From: Eledone cirrhosa
Lineage: Eukaryota
Direction of reading: 5' to 3'
Assembly: GCA_964016885.1 (NCBI GenBank)
Contig: OZ024747.1
Coordinates: 33,728,001 to 33,792,000, forward strand
Length of the DNA: 64,000 nucleotides
Shown here: piece by piece, positions 63,919 to 64,000 of the stretch
Layout of the letters: each line of letters starts with the position of its first letter
Numbering within the stretch: position 1 is the first letter of the stretch
Notes under the pieces: generated by a model
The model's database searches: none
What the model was told of the DNA's origin: nothing
What the model saw: the letters and a program-made list of their open reading frames with translations, nothing else
Program-made: the position numbers and the translations under genes

Positions 63919-64000
63919 AATAATTGTTTCTACTTTTAGCACAAGGCCAGCAATGACCCAGTGAATTACTGGTACTTTATTTTATCGACCCCGTAAGGAT
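63919..64000 (-). mobile_element. SINE family 1, 3' part (runs off the window)
   Basis: aataattgtttctac...ggtactttattttatcgaccccgtaaggat. Confidence 0.88.

Overview
This is AT-rich, repeat-dense animal DNA. The SINE/LINE families and (TA)n/(CA)n/(GAT)n microsatellites suggest a mollusc, probably an octopus (inference). No host protein-coding gene can be called confidently, so the window looks intergenic or intronic. It holds decayed RTE-clade LINEs of at least three families, an L1/Tx1 3' end, a Penelope-like (GIY-YIG) fragment, one non-autonomous LTR retrotransposon, two SINE families and several MITEs. The most notable signal is a set of type I hammerhead ribozyme (HHR) motifs: six within 1-7.1 kb and two or three degenerate ones later. 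Two sit in non-coding ~530-nt units (590-1176 and 5485-6135) whose direct repeat begins at the predicted self-cleavage site and whose 3' end runs into (TA)n. This is the pattern expected of retrozyme-like RNAs copied by a Penelope-like element, and a remnant of such an element lies between them. Also notable: a near-perfect 498-bp-arm foldback element, a PHD-like finger inserted inside the RT domain of one LINE family, and an LTR element with TG...AA ends. All calls were made by eye, and many boundaries are approximate.
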